Counted from the first letter of the stretch, positions 30,836 through 39,798 are shown. The stretch is DNA of 64,000 nucleotides from Alphaproteobacteria bacterium (GCA_965205265.1 CBDBGH010000003.1:3904001-3968000); one strand, 5' to 3'. The notes: generated from the sequence alone by a model not told the origin. Program-made: numbers and translations.

Positions 30836-31333
30836 ATGCCCGTGCTCGACCCGACCCTCTCCCTCTCCTCCCGCCAGGAAGCCTTCTGCAATCACTACCA
30901 TGACAAAACACGAGTTAACATGACATTCCGTGACACGCCGCAACAGCCTGTCCAACCGGCGTCGTCCCGGACGGCGCGAAGCAGCCTGCCCCGGACCCCG
31001 ATCCGGGGTCGATCCGGGACCTCAGGCGGCCCGGCGTCATTCCGGCTGGAGCGCAGCGGACGGGACCGCACCGGCAGGCGACCTGCCCCGGCCGAGGACA
31101 CTTACGACTCGGAGCAGTTCCCCGGCGAGTGGGCCGACGGAGACCGCCCGAGCGAGGAGGAGCGGGCCGGGGGCGTGGAAACCGACTGGCTCTACCAGCG
31201 CCGCAACGACTATGCCGAACTCCACGACCCCTGGCCGCCGGAGAACATCGAACGCCGCCAGGCGGACAGCCTCAACCGGCTCGAAAGGGCCGGCCCCTTC
31301 AACCTGCCCGCCCCCGACCATGACATTTCATGA
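30836..31333 (+). CDS. Orphan protein with small-terminase-like N-terminal motif (possibly internally deleted)
   Basis: RBS GAAGGAG; starts MPVLDPTLSLSSRQEAFCNHY, resembling the TerS L-x-x-KQ-x-x-FC-x-x-Y motif. Confidence 0.5.
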   Translation: MPVLDPTLSLSSRQEAFCNHYHDKTRVNMTFRDTPQQPVQPASSRTARSSLPRTPIRGRSGTSGGPASFRLERSGRDRTGRRPAPAEDTYDSEQFPGEWADGDRPSEEERAGGVETDWLYQRRNDYAELHDPWPPENIERRQADSLNRLERAGPFNLPAPDHDIS

Positions 31334-31413
31334 CATCCCATGACGTGGCGCGGGGGACCGCTGCAATTCCCCTCCTCCCCTGCCTGCGAGAAAGATCAGG
31401 AGGGGGTAGTACC

Positions 31414-31525
31414 AGTGGCCTCGACTTCGAACTCATGTCTTCTTCTCGTCATGCCCGGACTTGTTCCGGGCATCCAAGCGGCCGCTCGGTGAAGGTGGTT
31501 GAGAGAGATGCCCGGAACAAGTCCG
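31414..31525 (+). repeat. 112-bp direct repeat, left copy (IS1634 target duplication)
   Basis: Matches 33442-33553 by eye. Confidence 0.92.
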
Positions 31526-33441
31526 CCTGACTTCGACGGTTGATTCGCATAAGTAGTTGATATTGCCTGGTTCTCATTTCGGCTAGGCACTACATCCGGC
31601 ATTTCTTCGAGCCGTGCTTCGTCGACGGTCAGGCGAGTTGATACGGGGTGATCGTCAGGGGCAGCCCCATGGTTGCGTAAATCTGCTCCGCCGCCGGTGT
31701 CGGCTTCGAGGGGATGACGTAGCGGTTGCCCGATTGCCGACAGCGCAGCAGGGAGCACTGGCGGTGGACGAGGGCGGAGCGGATGACCTCCGGGGACATC
31801 CGCCGCTTCTGGATGGCGACGCGGTACGCAAGGTGTCGAACGCAGGCGAAGGCCAGGAAGGCGATGGCGATGTGAGCGCGGATCCGGTCCGGGTTCCAGT
31901 GCCAGATGGGACGTATCTTCAGGTCGTGTTTGGTGATCCGGAAGCTCTCCTCGACCTGCCAGAGCCCCTGGTAGTGAGCCATCACTTCGGTGACGCGCGC
32001 GTCGCGCAGATTGGTGATGACGCCGGTGAGCCCGTCCCATCGTGCGGCCTCGGCGATCTTCTCCGGGTTCACCGTGAGCCGTGCGTCGCCCTCGACGGCG
32101 ATGAAGCGCTTCGCCCCGTGATTGGAGAGCAGTTCCCTGGGATTGTCGCTGCGGGCCAGCCTGTCGAGCAGGCGTTCCACCTGATGGCGGCGCTCGTGCG
32201 CGTCCTTGCGTGCGCGCTGGGGGCAGAAGACGACGATCAGGCGACGGCCCTTGTACTCCCACTCGCCGACCCGGCGGTCCTGTGAGCCCTCCAGCGGGGC
32301 ATAGGTCCCGGGGTCGAGAACCTGCCCCAGCAGCGCGAGCGGCAGCTTGCGCAGCCGCGCGCCGACGACATACTCGCCGCCGATGGCGTCCATGGCGTCG
32401 AGGTTGTCGGCGCTCAGCATGCCCCGGTCGGCCACGCATACCGTGCGCTCCACCTGGTGGCGGCGCTGCATGTCCTGCAGGACCGGGACCATGCTGTGTC
32501 CCTCGTAGGTGGCGCCGGGGAAGACCTCGTAGCTGATCGGCAGCCCTTCGCGCGTCACCATCAGCGCCAGCAGAACCTGCGAGTCCTTGTGTTTGCCGTC
32601 CTTGCTGAAGCCGTGCTGGCGAAGCTCGTCCTCGGCGGCCGTCTCGAAGTAGAGCGTGGTGCAATCGAAGAAGAGGATCGCGACCGGCTCCGGCAGCAGC
32701 GACCGGCTCGCCTCGCCGACGCGCGTGCGCAGTCGCTCGATCACCGTCGCGTCGAGCTGATCCATCATCCGGTAGACCTTCTCGAGCGGAAGACTCACGC
32801 CGAAGTCCTCCTCGAGCCGGCGCACGCTGCCCCGCTTGCTGTCGGGGTTGGCTACCCGCGCCATCACCACATGGAACAGCGCGTCATGGGAGGCCCGGTA
32901 GCGCGAGCGCGGCAGCAGCGCGTCGAGGCCCAGCAGCCGGTAGATCTCGCCATAGACCTCGTGGATGCCTGTGATCAGGCGCTGCTCCTCTTCAAGCTGC
33001 TTGAGGTCGACCGGGAGTTCCTCCTTGCCGTCCCCCCGGCGGCCGACACGGATCGCCTGCTCAGCGATCTTCTCGGGCGCAAACAATGCCGGCTGACGCT
33101 CGTCCTCCAGCTTCGCCTTGACGTACTCGCCGAGCTGCCTCAGGCGCTCGAGCTCGTCCTCGTCCATGGCCACGCCGACATGGCGGACGATGCGCTGTCG
33201 GACCTTGCCGCCGTCGCGCACGGCCTCGACGATCTGGACCGAGCGTCGCGGGCTGTTGGGGGAGGTCTTGATGCGCACGAACATGGGGGGAGTGTAGCGC
33301 GTGGCGGAGGCATTGACAGTCTCAAAGATTTACTAGGCACTACAACGCAGCTTGACCGCACCGCAACTGCCAACTCATTGGCTTTACTGAAAACTCCAGA
33401 CGCGAGATCGGTCAGAAGTCAGCCCAACCGTCGAAGTCAGG
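31526..33441 (-). mobile_element. IS1634-family insertion sequence
   Basis: 17-bp perfect TIRs CCTGACTTCGACGGTTG / CAACCGTCGAAGTCAGG enclosing one transposase. Confidence 0.92.
31629..33284 (-). CDS. IS1634-family DDE transposase
   Basis: FFDCTTLYFE, GFSKDGK, VADRGM, YQGLWQVEESFRITK, RPIWH, RIRAHI. Confidence 0.93.
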   Translation of the reverse strand: MFVRIKTSPNSPRRSVQIVEAVRDGGKVRQRIVRHVGVAMDEDELERLRQLGEYVKAKLEDERQPALFAPEKIAEQAIRVGRRGDGKEELPVDLKQLEEEQRLITGIHEVYGEIYRLLGLDALLPRSRYRASHDALFHVVMARVANPDSKRGSVRRLEEDFGVSLPLEKVYRMMDQLDATVIERLRTRVGEASRSLLPEPVAILFFDCTTLYFETAAEDELRQHGFSKDGKHKDSQVLLALMVTREGLPISYEVFPGATYEGHSMVPVLQDMQRRHQVERTVCVADRGMLSADNLDAMDAIGGEYVVGARLRKLPLALLGQVLDPGTYAPLEGSQDRRVGEWEYKGRRLIVVFCPQRARKDAHERRHQVERLLDRLARSDNPRELLSNHGAKRFIAVEGDARLTVNPEKIAEAARWDGLTGVITNLRDARVTEVMAHYQGLWQVEESFRITKHDLKIRPIWHWNPDRIRAHIAIAFLAFACVRHLAYRVAIQKRRMSPEVIRSALVHRQCSLLRCRQSGNRYVIPSKPTPAAEQIYATMGLPLTITPYQLA

Positions 33442-33553
33442 AGTGGCCTCGACTTCGAACTCATGTCTTCTTCTCGTCATGCCCGGACTTGTTCCGGGCA
33501 TCCAAGCGGCCGCTCGGTGAAGGTGGTTGAGAGAGATGCCCGGAACAAGTCCG
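33442..33553 (+). repeat. 112-bp direct repeat, right copy
   Basis: Matches 31414-31525 by eye. Confidence 0.92.
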
Positions 33554-33689
33554 GGCATGACGAACGGGGGCCATCGGGGCGACGGGCGTCGAAGCCGGGA
33601 CGACCCCCGCTTTCAGCGAGGGCAGGCGGTTGGGGCGCGGCGGGCGGCCGCTCTTGTCCATCGCATCCGGCCTGTCGCCGGCGCTGCGG

Positions 33690-34091
33690 TCAGCCCGCCT
33701 CCGCCGCCCTCGGGTCGTCCACATGCAGGTGCTCGGTCGGCTGCGGGGTCGCGGTCATCACCTTGACCCCGTCTTCCGAGGTGAAGCGGTGCCAGCAGCC
33801 CTGCGGCACCACCAGGAGGGCGCCGGCGGTGAGCCGGTGCGACTCGATCTCGTCGTCCACGATGATGTCGAAGCGGGTCGAGCCTTCGAGAATCTGCACG
33901 ATCTCGTCGCCCTTGAGGTGCCGCTCCCAGCCGCTGGAGCCGCTGAAATGCGCGGCGAACAACCCGCCGTCGCGGAAGTCGGCGAGCTTCCGGAAGGAAG
34001 CCTGCGCCTCCGCTTCCGTGGTGTGGGCGCCGCGCCCTTCCAGCAGGACCAGATCGTCCAGGTCACGGCGAAGGTCGAGCGGTTCGATCAT
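33690..34091 (-). CDS. Cupin domain protein
   Basis: WERHLKGDEIVQILEG, VVPQGCWHRF. Confidence 0.85.
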   Translation of the reverse strand: MIEPLDLRRDLDDLVLLEGRGAHTTEAEAQASFRKLADFRDGGLFAAHFSGSSGWERHLKGDEIVQILEGSTRFDIIVDDEIESHRLTAGALLVVPQGCWHRFTSEDGVKVMTATPQPTEHLHVDDPRAAEAG

Positions 34092-34113
34092 GGATAACTC
34101 CGGTATGGCGCCG

Positions 34114-34752
34114 TCACACCGGCGTGTCGCCGCAAATGGTGACGCGGTGCATGATGCGGGTTTCGCCGGGATAGTCGTCGAGCGCGTAATGCTGGGTGCA
34201 GCGGTTGTCCCAGAAGGCGACGGACCCCTCCTCCCAGCGGAAGCGGCACTGGAATTCGGGCTTGATCGAGTGACTGCGCAGCCAGTCGAGCAGCGGCTCG
34301 CTCTCCGCGTCCGTCAACCCGTCGAAATGCTGGCAGTGGCCGCCGACATAGAGCGCCTTGCGGCCCGTTTCCGGGTGGGTGCGCACCACCGGATGCGAGG
34401 AGGTGGTCTGCACATTGCCGGGGTCCTTGACCTGCATGGAGGTGCGCCCCGCATACATCTCCTTGCGCGTCTTGCCGCCCGCGCTCTTGAACCGGTCGCC
34501 GACGGAGATCGCGCGGAGCCCGGCCAGCGCCTCCTTGAGGCCGTCCGAGAGCGTCTCATAGGCGAGATACTGGTTGGTGAACAGCGTGTCGCCGCCCCTG
34601 GACGGCACCTGCTTGGCGTAGAGGATGGTGCCCATGGCGGGCTGGGGCGAGAACATCTGGTCCGAATGCCAGGCGCCGCCGAAATTCTTCGTATCCGCCG
34701 GCGTCTTCTTGATTTCGAGAAGCTCCGGATGGTCGTCCATGCCCTTCATGAA
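34114..34752 (-). pseudogene. TauD/TfdA dioxygenase, 3' part (interrupted by IS1595 element)
   Basis: WHSD, GGDTLF, HPVVRTHPETG, WDNRCTQH; N-terminus lies at 38999-39222. Confidence 0.9.
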
Positions 34753-34782
34753 GGGGATTATGTAGGAAAGTGCCGAGACGGG

Positions 34783-35055
34783 CTACTCGTCGGCCGCCTC
34801 TAGCTGCGTCGCCGACTGCGGGTTCCACGGCAAGACAACACCAAGGCGGAGATCAAGCCGCTCTATGGTCGTTGGTGCCAGCGGGTCATCGGCCCGAATG
34901 GCGGATTCGTAGATGTGCATCGAGCTTTCGGGGCGCGATACGAACATGTATTCGCCCCACTCATTCTCGCCGAATTCAACGCGGAAACCTTCGTCCCGCA
35001 GCCAGTCGGCATACTGGCGGTTGACCGGGAAATCCGGGAAGGGGAATGCGGGCAC
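34783..35055 (-). CDS. Small hypothetical protein, possibly HicA-like fold
   Basis: About 90 aa, starts 2 bp after the HicB-like stop; pattern WLRDEGFRV...L.PTTIERL..RLG suggests alpha-beta-beta-beta-alpha. Confidence 0.5.
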   Translation of the reverse strand: MPAFPFPDFPVNRQYADWLRDEGFRVEFGENEWGEYMFVSRPESSMHIYESAIRADDPLAPTTIERLDLRLGVVLPWNPQSATQLEAADE

Positions 35056-35057
35056 CG

Positions 35058-35369
35058 TTACGCCGCCAGCGTCTGTTCCGCCACGCCGTGCCTGTCGTAT
35101 ATAGTGCCGCGCACCACATCTGGAGGACCAGACTTCCACAACTCAAAGAACCGGGCCGGCGCGCGCATGATCCCTTGGAAGGCGAAGCTGCTGTGTTCTC
35201 GGGAATGGTCGAGTTCGGCCCGGTAGGCGCATTTCAGGCCATTCTCGGCTTCCTCTCTCGTCCGGCCCTGTGCGCCGATGAAGTGCTCCAGACAGATTGC
35301 GACCCACGCGCCTTCCTCGCTAAAGAGCACATAGCGCAGTTCATTGGCCCGGTGCATCTCTCCGGTCAT
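35058..35369 (-). CDS. HicB-like antitoxin domain protein
   Basis: EEGAWVAICLEHFIGAQGRTREEAENGL matches the HicB N-terminal pattern. Confidence 0.65.
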   Translation of the reverse strand: MTGEMHRANELRYVLFSEEGAWVAICLEHFIGAQGRTREEAENGLKCAYRAELDHSREHSSFAFQGIMRAPARFFELWKSGPPDVVRGTIYDRHGVAEQTLAA

Positions 35370-35440
35370 AGACTGTCTCCCATTGCAGTGGGGACATACT
35401 AATTCCGGGCGAAAAAAGTGCCAATCCCGGAATTTCGCGT

Positions 35441-35468
35441 TTGACATACTTTGGCACTTACCTATATT
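35441..35468 (+). promoter_or_regulatory. Sigma70-type promoter for the transposase-MTase-REase unit
   Basis: TTGACA-N16-TATATT about 28 bp upstream of the transposase ATG. Confidence 0.55.
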
Positions 35469-35495
35469 TGAATGTGAAAGCAGGGAGCTACGGGA

Positions 35496-36482
35496 ATGGC
35501 GAAGAAAAAAGCGGCAGGCAAGGCGCACCGGACGGGGATCAGCATGGTGGAGCTATTCCGCCGCTGGCCGGACGACGCGGCGGCCGAGGCGCGGTTCATT
35601 GAGCGCCGCTGGCCTGACGGTATTCACTGTCCGCATTGCGGAAGCTGCAATGTGCAGACCGGCGCGAAGCACAAGACCATGCCCTACCGCTGCCGGGAGA
35701 AGGAATGCGCCAAGCGGTTTTCCGCGAAGACCGGGACCGTCATGGAAGGTTCAAAGCTGGGCTTCCAAGTCTGGATGATTGCGACCTATCTGCTTTCGAC
35801 AAACCTCAAATCGGTATCGTCCATGAAGCTGCACCGGGACTTGAAGATCAATCAGCGCAGCGCGTGGTTCCTTGCGCACCGGCTGCGGGTTGCCCTGTCG
35901 GAGCGCGAAGGGCCGTTCGAGGGACCGCTGGAGGCGGACGAGGCGTATTTCGGCGGCCGCCGGTCCAACATGTCCAAGAGCAAGCGCAAAGAGCTTGCCG
36001 GGCGCGGCACAGTGGGGAAAACCGCCGTGGTCGGAGTGAAGGACCGCGCGACAAATCGTGTCGCAGCGAAGGTTGTCCCTTCCACCGACGGCCCGACTCT
36101 GCAATTTTTCGTCCGAGTCCATGCCGGGGAGGACGCCGTGATCTACACGGACGAGCATGGGGCATATGCTGGGCTCGGCGCGGAGTTCAAGCACGAAGCC
36201 GTCAATCATAGCGCGGGCGAGTATGTGCGCGGCATGGCGCACACGCAGGGCATCGAGTCCTTCTGGTCGATGCTGAAGCGGGCGCACAAGGGAACCTTCC
36301 ACAAGTTTTCGCCCAAGCATCTTGATCGGTATGTCGGCGAGTTCTCCGGCAGACACAATGTCCGGGACGCTGACACCATCGACATCATGGCGACCTTCGC
36401 CGCCGGGGCCGTTGGCAAGCGCCTTCGCTACCGGGACTTGATCGCCGACAACGGGTTGCCGTCCGGGGCGCGCAGCGCATGA
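35496..36482 (+). CDS. IS1595-family transposase
   Basis: RWPDGIHCPHCG...YRC..C zinc ribbon, EADEAYFGG, YTDE, VNHSAGEYV, GIESFWS. Confidence 0.95.
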   Translation: MAKKKAAGKAHRTGISMVELFRRWPDDAAAEARFIERRWPDGIHCPHCGSCNVQTGAKHKTMPYRCREKECAKRFSAKTGTVMEGSKLGFQVWMIATYLLSTNLKSVSSMKLHRDLKINQRSAWFLAHRLRVALSEREGPFEGPLEADEAYFGGRRSNMSKSKRKELAGRGTVGKTAVVGVKDRATNRVAAKVVPSTDGPTLQFFVRVHAGEDAVIYTDEHGAYAGLGAEFKHEAVNHSAGEYVRGMAHTQGIESFWSMLKRAHKGTFHKFSPKHLDRYVGEFSGRHNVRDADTIDIMATFAAGAVGKRLRYRDLIADNGLPSGARSA

Positions 36483-37876
36483 CGACGCAAGCCGTCTCTC
36501 CGCACGGTGGTCCCGTCAGAGAGCGACAGGCACTGGCGGCGCGCTTCGCACCTCGCTTGGCCACGAACGAACTCTACTGCCGTCGGATTGTTTCATACCA
36601 AGGGAATCGCAAGGCACCGGGCTTGCGCTGGATGAAATACAAGGAAGGCTTTTCCAGCGAGCTTGTGACTGACTTGATCCAGCAAGAGCGGCCGACCGCC
36701 GTTCTGGACCCCTTCGCCGGGATTTGCACAACGCCACTGGTCGCTGCCGGGCAAGGAATCGAGGCGACGGGCATTGAGATCATGCCGGTAGGGGTTTCGG
36801 CTGGCACGGCTATCGCCGAAGCTGCGAACGGGCTTTCGCAATCCGATTTCGACAGGCACTCCGCCGCGCTCTTGCAGGCGACCAGGGCAAGGGGCAGGGC
36901 AGCCAGCTTCGCATTCCCGCATGTGCGGATAACCGAGGGCGCATTCGCCGACAAGACAGAGCGGGAGATCGCCGCCGCCCGCCGGTTCCTTTCGCGCATG
37001 GAAGATGACGGCTTGCGGACACTGTTGGATTTCGCCTGCATGTCGGTTTTGGAGGAAGCCAGCTATACGCGGAAGGACGGCCAATATCTACGATGGGACC
37101 GCCGCGCCCCGCGACAGTTGCGATCCTCGTTCGACATAGGGCCTATAGCTGGTTTCAGCGACGCTCTGGAACGGCGGATAGGCGAGATCGCAGCCGACAT
37201 TCCGGCGCTCAAAAAGCAGTTCGGGCAAGGGTATCCAACCCTATTGACTGGCTCATGTCTTGAACTGCTTAGGACCATCCCGGACGGCGCGTTCGACATG
37301 GTGGTGACCTCGCCACCCTACGCGAACCGTTATGACTACACGCGGACCTACGCGCTGGAACTCGCATGGATGGGCTTCGACCAAGCAGGCTTTTCAGCTC
37401 TCCGCCAGCGGATGCTCTCGGCCACGGTGGAGAACAAGGCCAAGACGGAAACGCTCGCCGCGATTTATGGGGACAACCGGGCCACCTTGGAGCGCGCCGC
37501 TCGCCTGTATGAGGCACAGGGGGCCGTGCATGAGGTTCTGGGCATTCTGCGGAAGCGGCAAGGCGAGTTGAGCAACCGGAACGTCCTGACCCTGATCGAA
37601 CAGTATTTCTTCGAGATGGCCGTGGTCATAGCCGAGTTCGGGCGCATCGTGCGCCCCGGCGGGTCGGTCTTCATGGTCAATGACAATGTTCAATATCACG
37701 GCGAGGAACTACCAGTGGACTTCATTCTAGCCGACTTCGCCGAAGGCGCGGGGTTCCGTTGCGATCAGATATGGAAGCTCGCAAGAGGCAAGGGCAATTC
37801 GAGCCAGCAGATGGCGCGGTTCGGGCGGCGCGAACTGCGGAAATGTGTCTATAGGTGGGTTCGTTCCTATGACTGA
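36479..37876 (+). CDS. Site-specific DNA amino-methyltransferase (probably N4-cytosine)
   Basis: W.KYKEGFS, motif I VLDPFAG, motif IV VVTSPPY. Confidence 0.9.
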   Translation: MTTQAVSPHGGPVRERQALAARFAPRLATNELYCRRIVSYQGNRKAPGLRWMKYKEGFSSELVTDLIQQERPTAVLDPFAGICTTPLVAAGQGIEATGIEIMPVGVSAGTAIAEAANGLSQSDFDRHSAALLQATRARGRAASFAFPHVRITEGAFADKTEREIAAARRFLSRMEDDGLRTLLDFACMSVLEEASYTRKDGQYLRWDRRAPRQLRSSFDIGPIAGFSDALERRIGEIAADIPALKKQFGQGYPTLLTGSCLELLRTIPDGAFDMVVTSPPYANRYDYTRTYALELAWMGFDQAGFSALRQRMLSATVENKAKTETLAAIYGDNRATLERAARLYEAQGAVHEVLGILRKRQGELSNRNVLTLIEQYFFEMAVVIAEFGRIVRPGGSVFMVNDNVQYHGEELPVDFILADFAEGAGFRCDQIWKLARGKGNSSQQMARFGRRELRKCVYRWVRSYD

Positions 37877-38777
37877 CGACGCTCTCCGGTCCCGCCTCTT
37901 TTCCGACATTTTGAGACAGCGAAAAGACCGGGCGCAGCGCCGGCTCATTGACACATTCGGCGCAGAACTCGACTTCTGCCCACTCGACGAACTGATGATA
38001 AGCGGCGCGGCCTGGGATCATGTGCAATCGCTCGGCATTGAGCCGAAGGTGGTCTTCGCGCATCCCGACTTGCTGCGGGCGCACCCGACGACCTCGCTCT
38101 ACTATCGCGGGTTGGCGCTGCTTTCCCGCAAGCGGGTTGGCCAAGCAGCCGCGTCAGTGACGAATTGGGAGGACGGGACGCGCTCCACGCCGATTCGAGA
38201 GGGCACGGCCCGCAAGGTCGCTTGCCTCTACAACACCATGATCTCATCGATCATCGAAGGTTCGTCGGATTGGACTTTGGAGAACGGCTACCGGAACATC
38301 GTCGCCACAATGGGCATTTCCATCGACGGAATGTTCCGTAATCAGATAGGCGATGCGGCGGAGGCATTGGTCAAAAGCCGGCTCGTGGAATGGCTGAAGG
38401 CGAAGGACGTCCTTCCGCCGGACAGCCCAGAACATGGCCGGTATCTGCTACCCGGCGACACGCTCATGAATTTCGGCTCGGAGCCAGACATTGAGTTCAT
38501 CCGGAACGACCGGCTTATCGCGACGATTGAGGTAAAGGGCGGCCGCGACCCGGCCGGCGCTCTTGAACGGCTCGGTGCCATGACGAAGAGCTTTGCCGAG
38601 ACGCCGCCGGGCTGTGTCAATTTCCTTGTCGCTGGCGTTATCACGACAGAGATGCGGACGCGCCTCGAAGCCATTGGCAGCGTCAAGGTCTATGAACTGG
38701 ACGACATTGCCCAAGATGGTGCGCTCTGGAACGACTTCACGAATGAGGTCTTCCACCATGCCGTCCGCGTAATCTGA
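37869..38777 (+). CDS. Type II restriction endonuclease, XcyI-like (PD-(D/E)XK)
   Basis: EPDIEF...IEVKGG catalytic motif; VFAHP...YYRGLALLS; overlaps the MTase stop. Confidence 0.78.
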   Translation: MTDDALRSRLFSDILRQRKDRAQRRLIDTFGAELDFCPLDELMISGAAWDHVQSLGIEPKVVFAHPDLLRAHPTTSLYYRGLALLSRKRVGQAAASVTNWEDGTRSTPIREGTARKVACLYNTMISSIIEGSSDWTLENGYRNIVATMGISIDGMFRNQIGDAAEALVKSRLVEWLKAKDVLPPDSPEHGRYLLPGDTLMNFGSEPDIEFIRNDRLIATIEVKGGRDPAGALERLGAMTKSFAETPPGCVNFLVAGVITTEMRTRLEAIGSVKVYELDDIAQDGALWNDFTNEVFHHAVRVI

Positions 38778-38790
38778 CAGGGAGGAAGCC

Positions 38791-38967
38791 ATGACGAAGG
38801 CCAAGCCGGAGCCGCGCGAGGTCCATATCGTGCATCACGACTACCAGCCGAGCAAGGCGCAGTTGGAGGCCGACGCGCGGGTTGAGGCGAGTTTCGAGGA
38901 AGCCGTTGACGCGCTCACGCAGCCAGTCCGCATCCGCAATGTCATCCGGCCGGGGCGCGCTCGCTGA
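38791..38967 (+). CDS. 58-aa hypothetical protein at the right end of the IS1595 element
   Basis: Strong RBS GGGAGG; MTKAKPEPREVHIVHHDYQPSKAQLEADARVEASFEEAVDALTQPVRI; below the ORF-track length cutoff. Confidence 0.65.
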   Translation: MTKAKPEPREVHIVHHDYQPSKAQLEADARVEASFEEAVDALTQPVRIRNVIRPGRAR

Positions 38968-38998
38968 GCGGCCTTCGGCACTCTTCTACATAATCCCC

Positions 38999-39222
38999 TT
39001 CATGAAGGGGTGCAGGTGGATGTCCCCCCAGCGCCGCGCGAAGGCGAGCTGCTGTTCGGGTGTCATGTCCTGCTCGCGGAAGAAGATCACCAGGTTCTCG
39101 TGCAGCGCGCGCCGGATTTCCGCGAAGGTCTCGTCATCGACATTCGCCAGATCGACCCCGCCCACCTCGGCGCCGAGCGCGCCGGCGACGGGCTTCACCT
39201 CGATGCGCTGGAAACCGGACAT
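38999..39222 (-). pseudogene. TauD/TfdA dioxygenase, 5' part
   Basis: IEVKPVAGALGAEVGGVDL...VIFFREQ. Confidence 0.9.
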
Positions 39223-39325
39223 GGAGCCTCTCCTTCCCATGATGACGGCGCGAGCCTATATCGATTTCCGGCCGGGGTCCAAACCCGCCGCGCTGCCGCC
39301 CCGCCTCCGAGGGAGACCGTTCCCC

Positions 39326-39781
39326 ATGCTGACGCCCGAAATGACGGCGCTCATCCGCGACAACACGCTGGCGCTGGTGGCGACGGTGACGCCGGAAGGC
39401 GAACCCGCGGTTTCGCCCAAGGCGACGGTCGTGGTGCTGGACCCGGCGCGGCTCGCCTTCTCAGACCTGCGCTCTCCCGGCACGAGGCGCAACCTTGCCG
39501 CCAATCCGGCCTGCGAGCTTGCCTTCGTCGATGTGTTCCGGCGCAAGGCGGTCCGCGTGCGCGGCCGCGGCTCCTGCCATGCGCGCGGCGCGCCGGAGTT
39601 CGACGCGCTCCTGCCCCGCTTCACCGAATGGCCGGACCTGCAGCCCCGCATGCACGGCATCTTCGATATCGCCGTCACCGCGGCCGAGATGGTGGTGTCG
39701 CCCGCCTACGACACGGGCGCCGACGAGGCGGAGCTTGCCGCCGGGTGGCTCGCCCGCTACCGCAAGCTCATCGAAGGCTGA
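39326..39781 (+). CDS. Pyridoxamine 5'-phosphate oxidase-like FMN-binding protein
   Basis: VATVTPEGEPAVSPK, RSPGTRRNLAANP, SPAYD. Confidence 0.82.
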   Translation: MLTPEMTALIRDNTLALVATVTPEGEPAVSPKATVVVLDPARLAFSDLRSPGTRRNLAANPACELAFVDVFRRKAVRVRGRGSCHARGAPEFDALLPRFTEWPDLQPRMHGIFDIAVTAAEMVVSPAYDTGADEAELAAGWLARYRKLIEG

Positions 39782-39798
39782 ACGCCCGCCCGCCGCCC

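Larger units (their letters stand above)
34753..38998 (+). mobile_element. IS1595-family transporter element (about 4.25 kb) with passenger genes
   Basis: TIRs GGGGATTATGTAG / CTACATAATCCCC; 8-bp TSD TTCATGAA at 34745-34752 and 38999-39006; removal restores the tauD frame HLHPFMKGMDDHPE. Confidence 0.93.

Noticed and set aside
30500-39000. Single prophage or genomic island
   Set aside because: It resolves into independent insertions (cassette, IS1634, IS1595) around native cupin/tauD genes; no phage structural genes.
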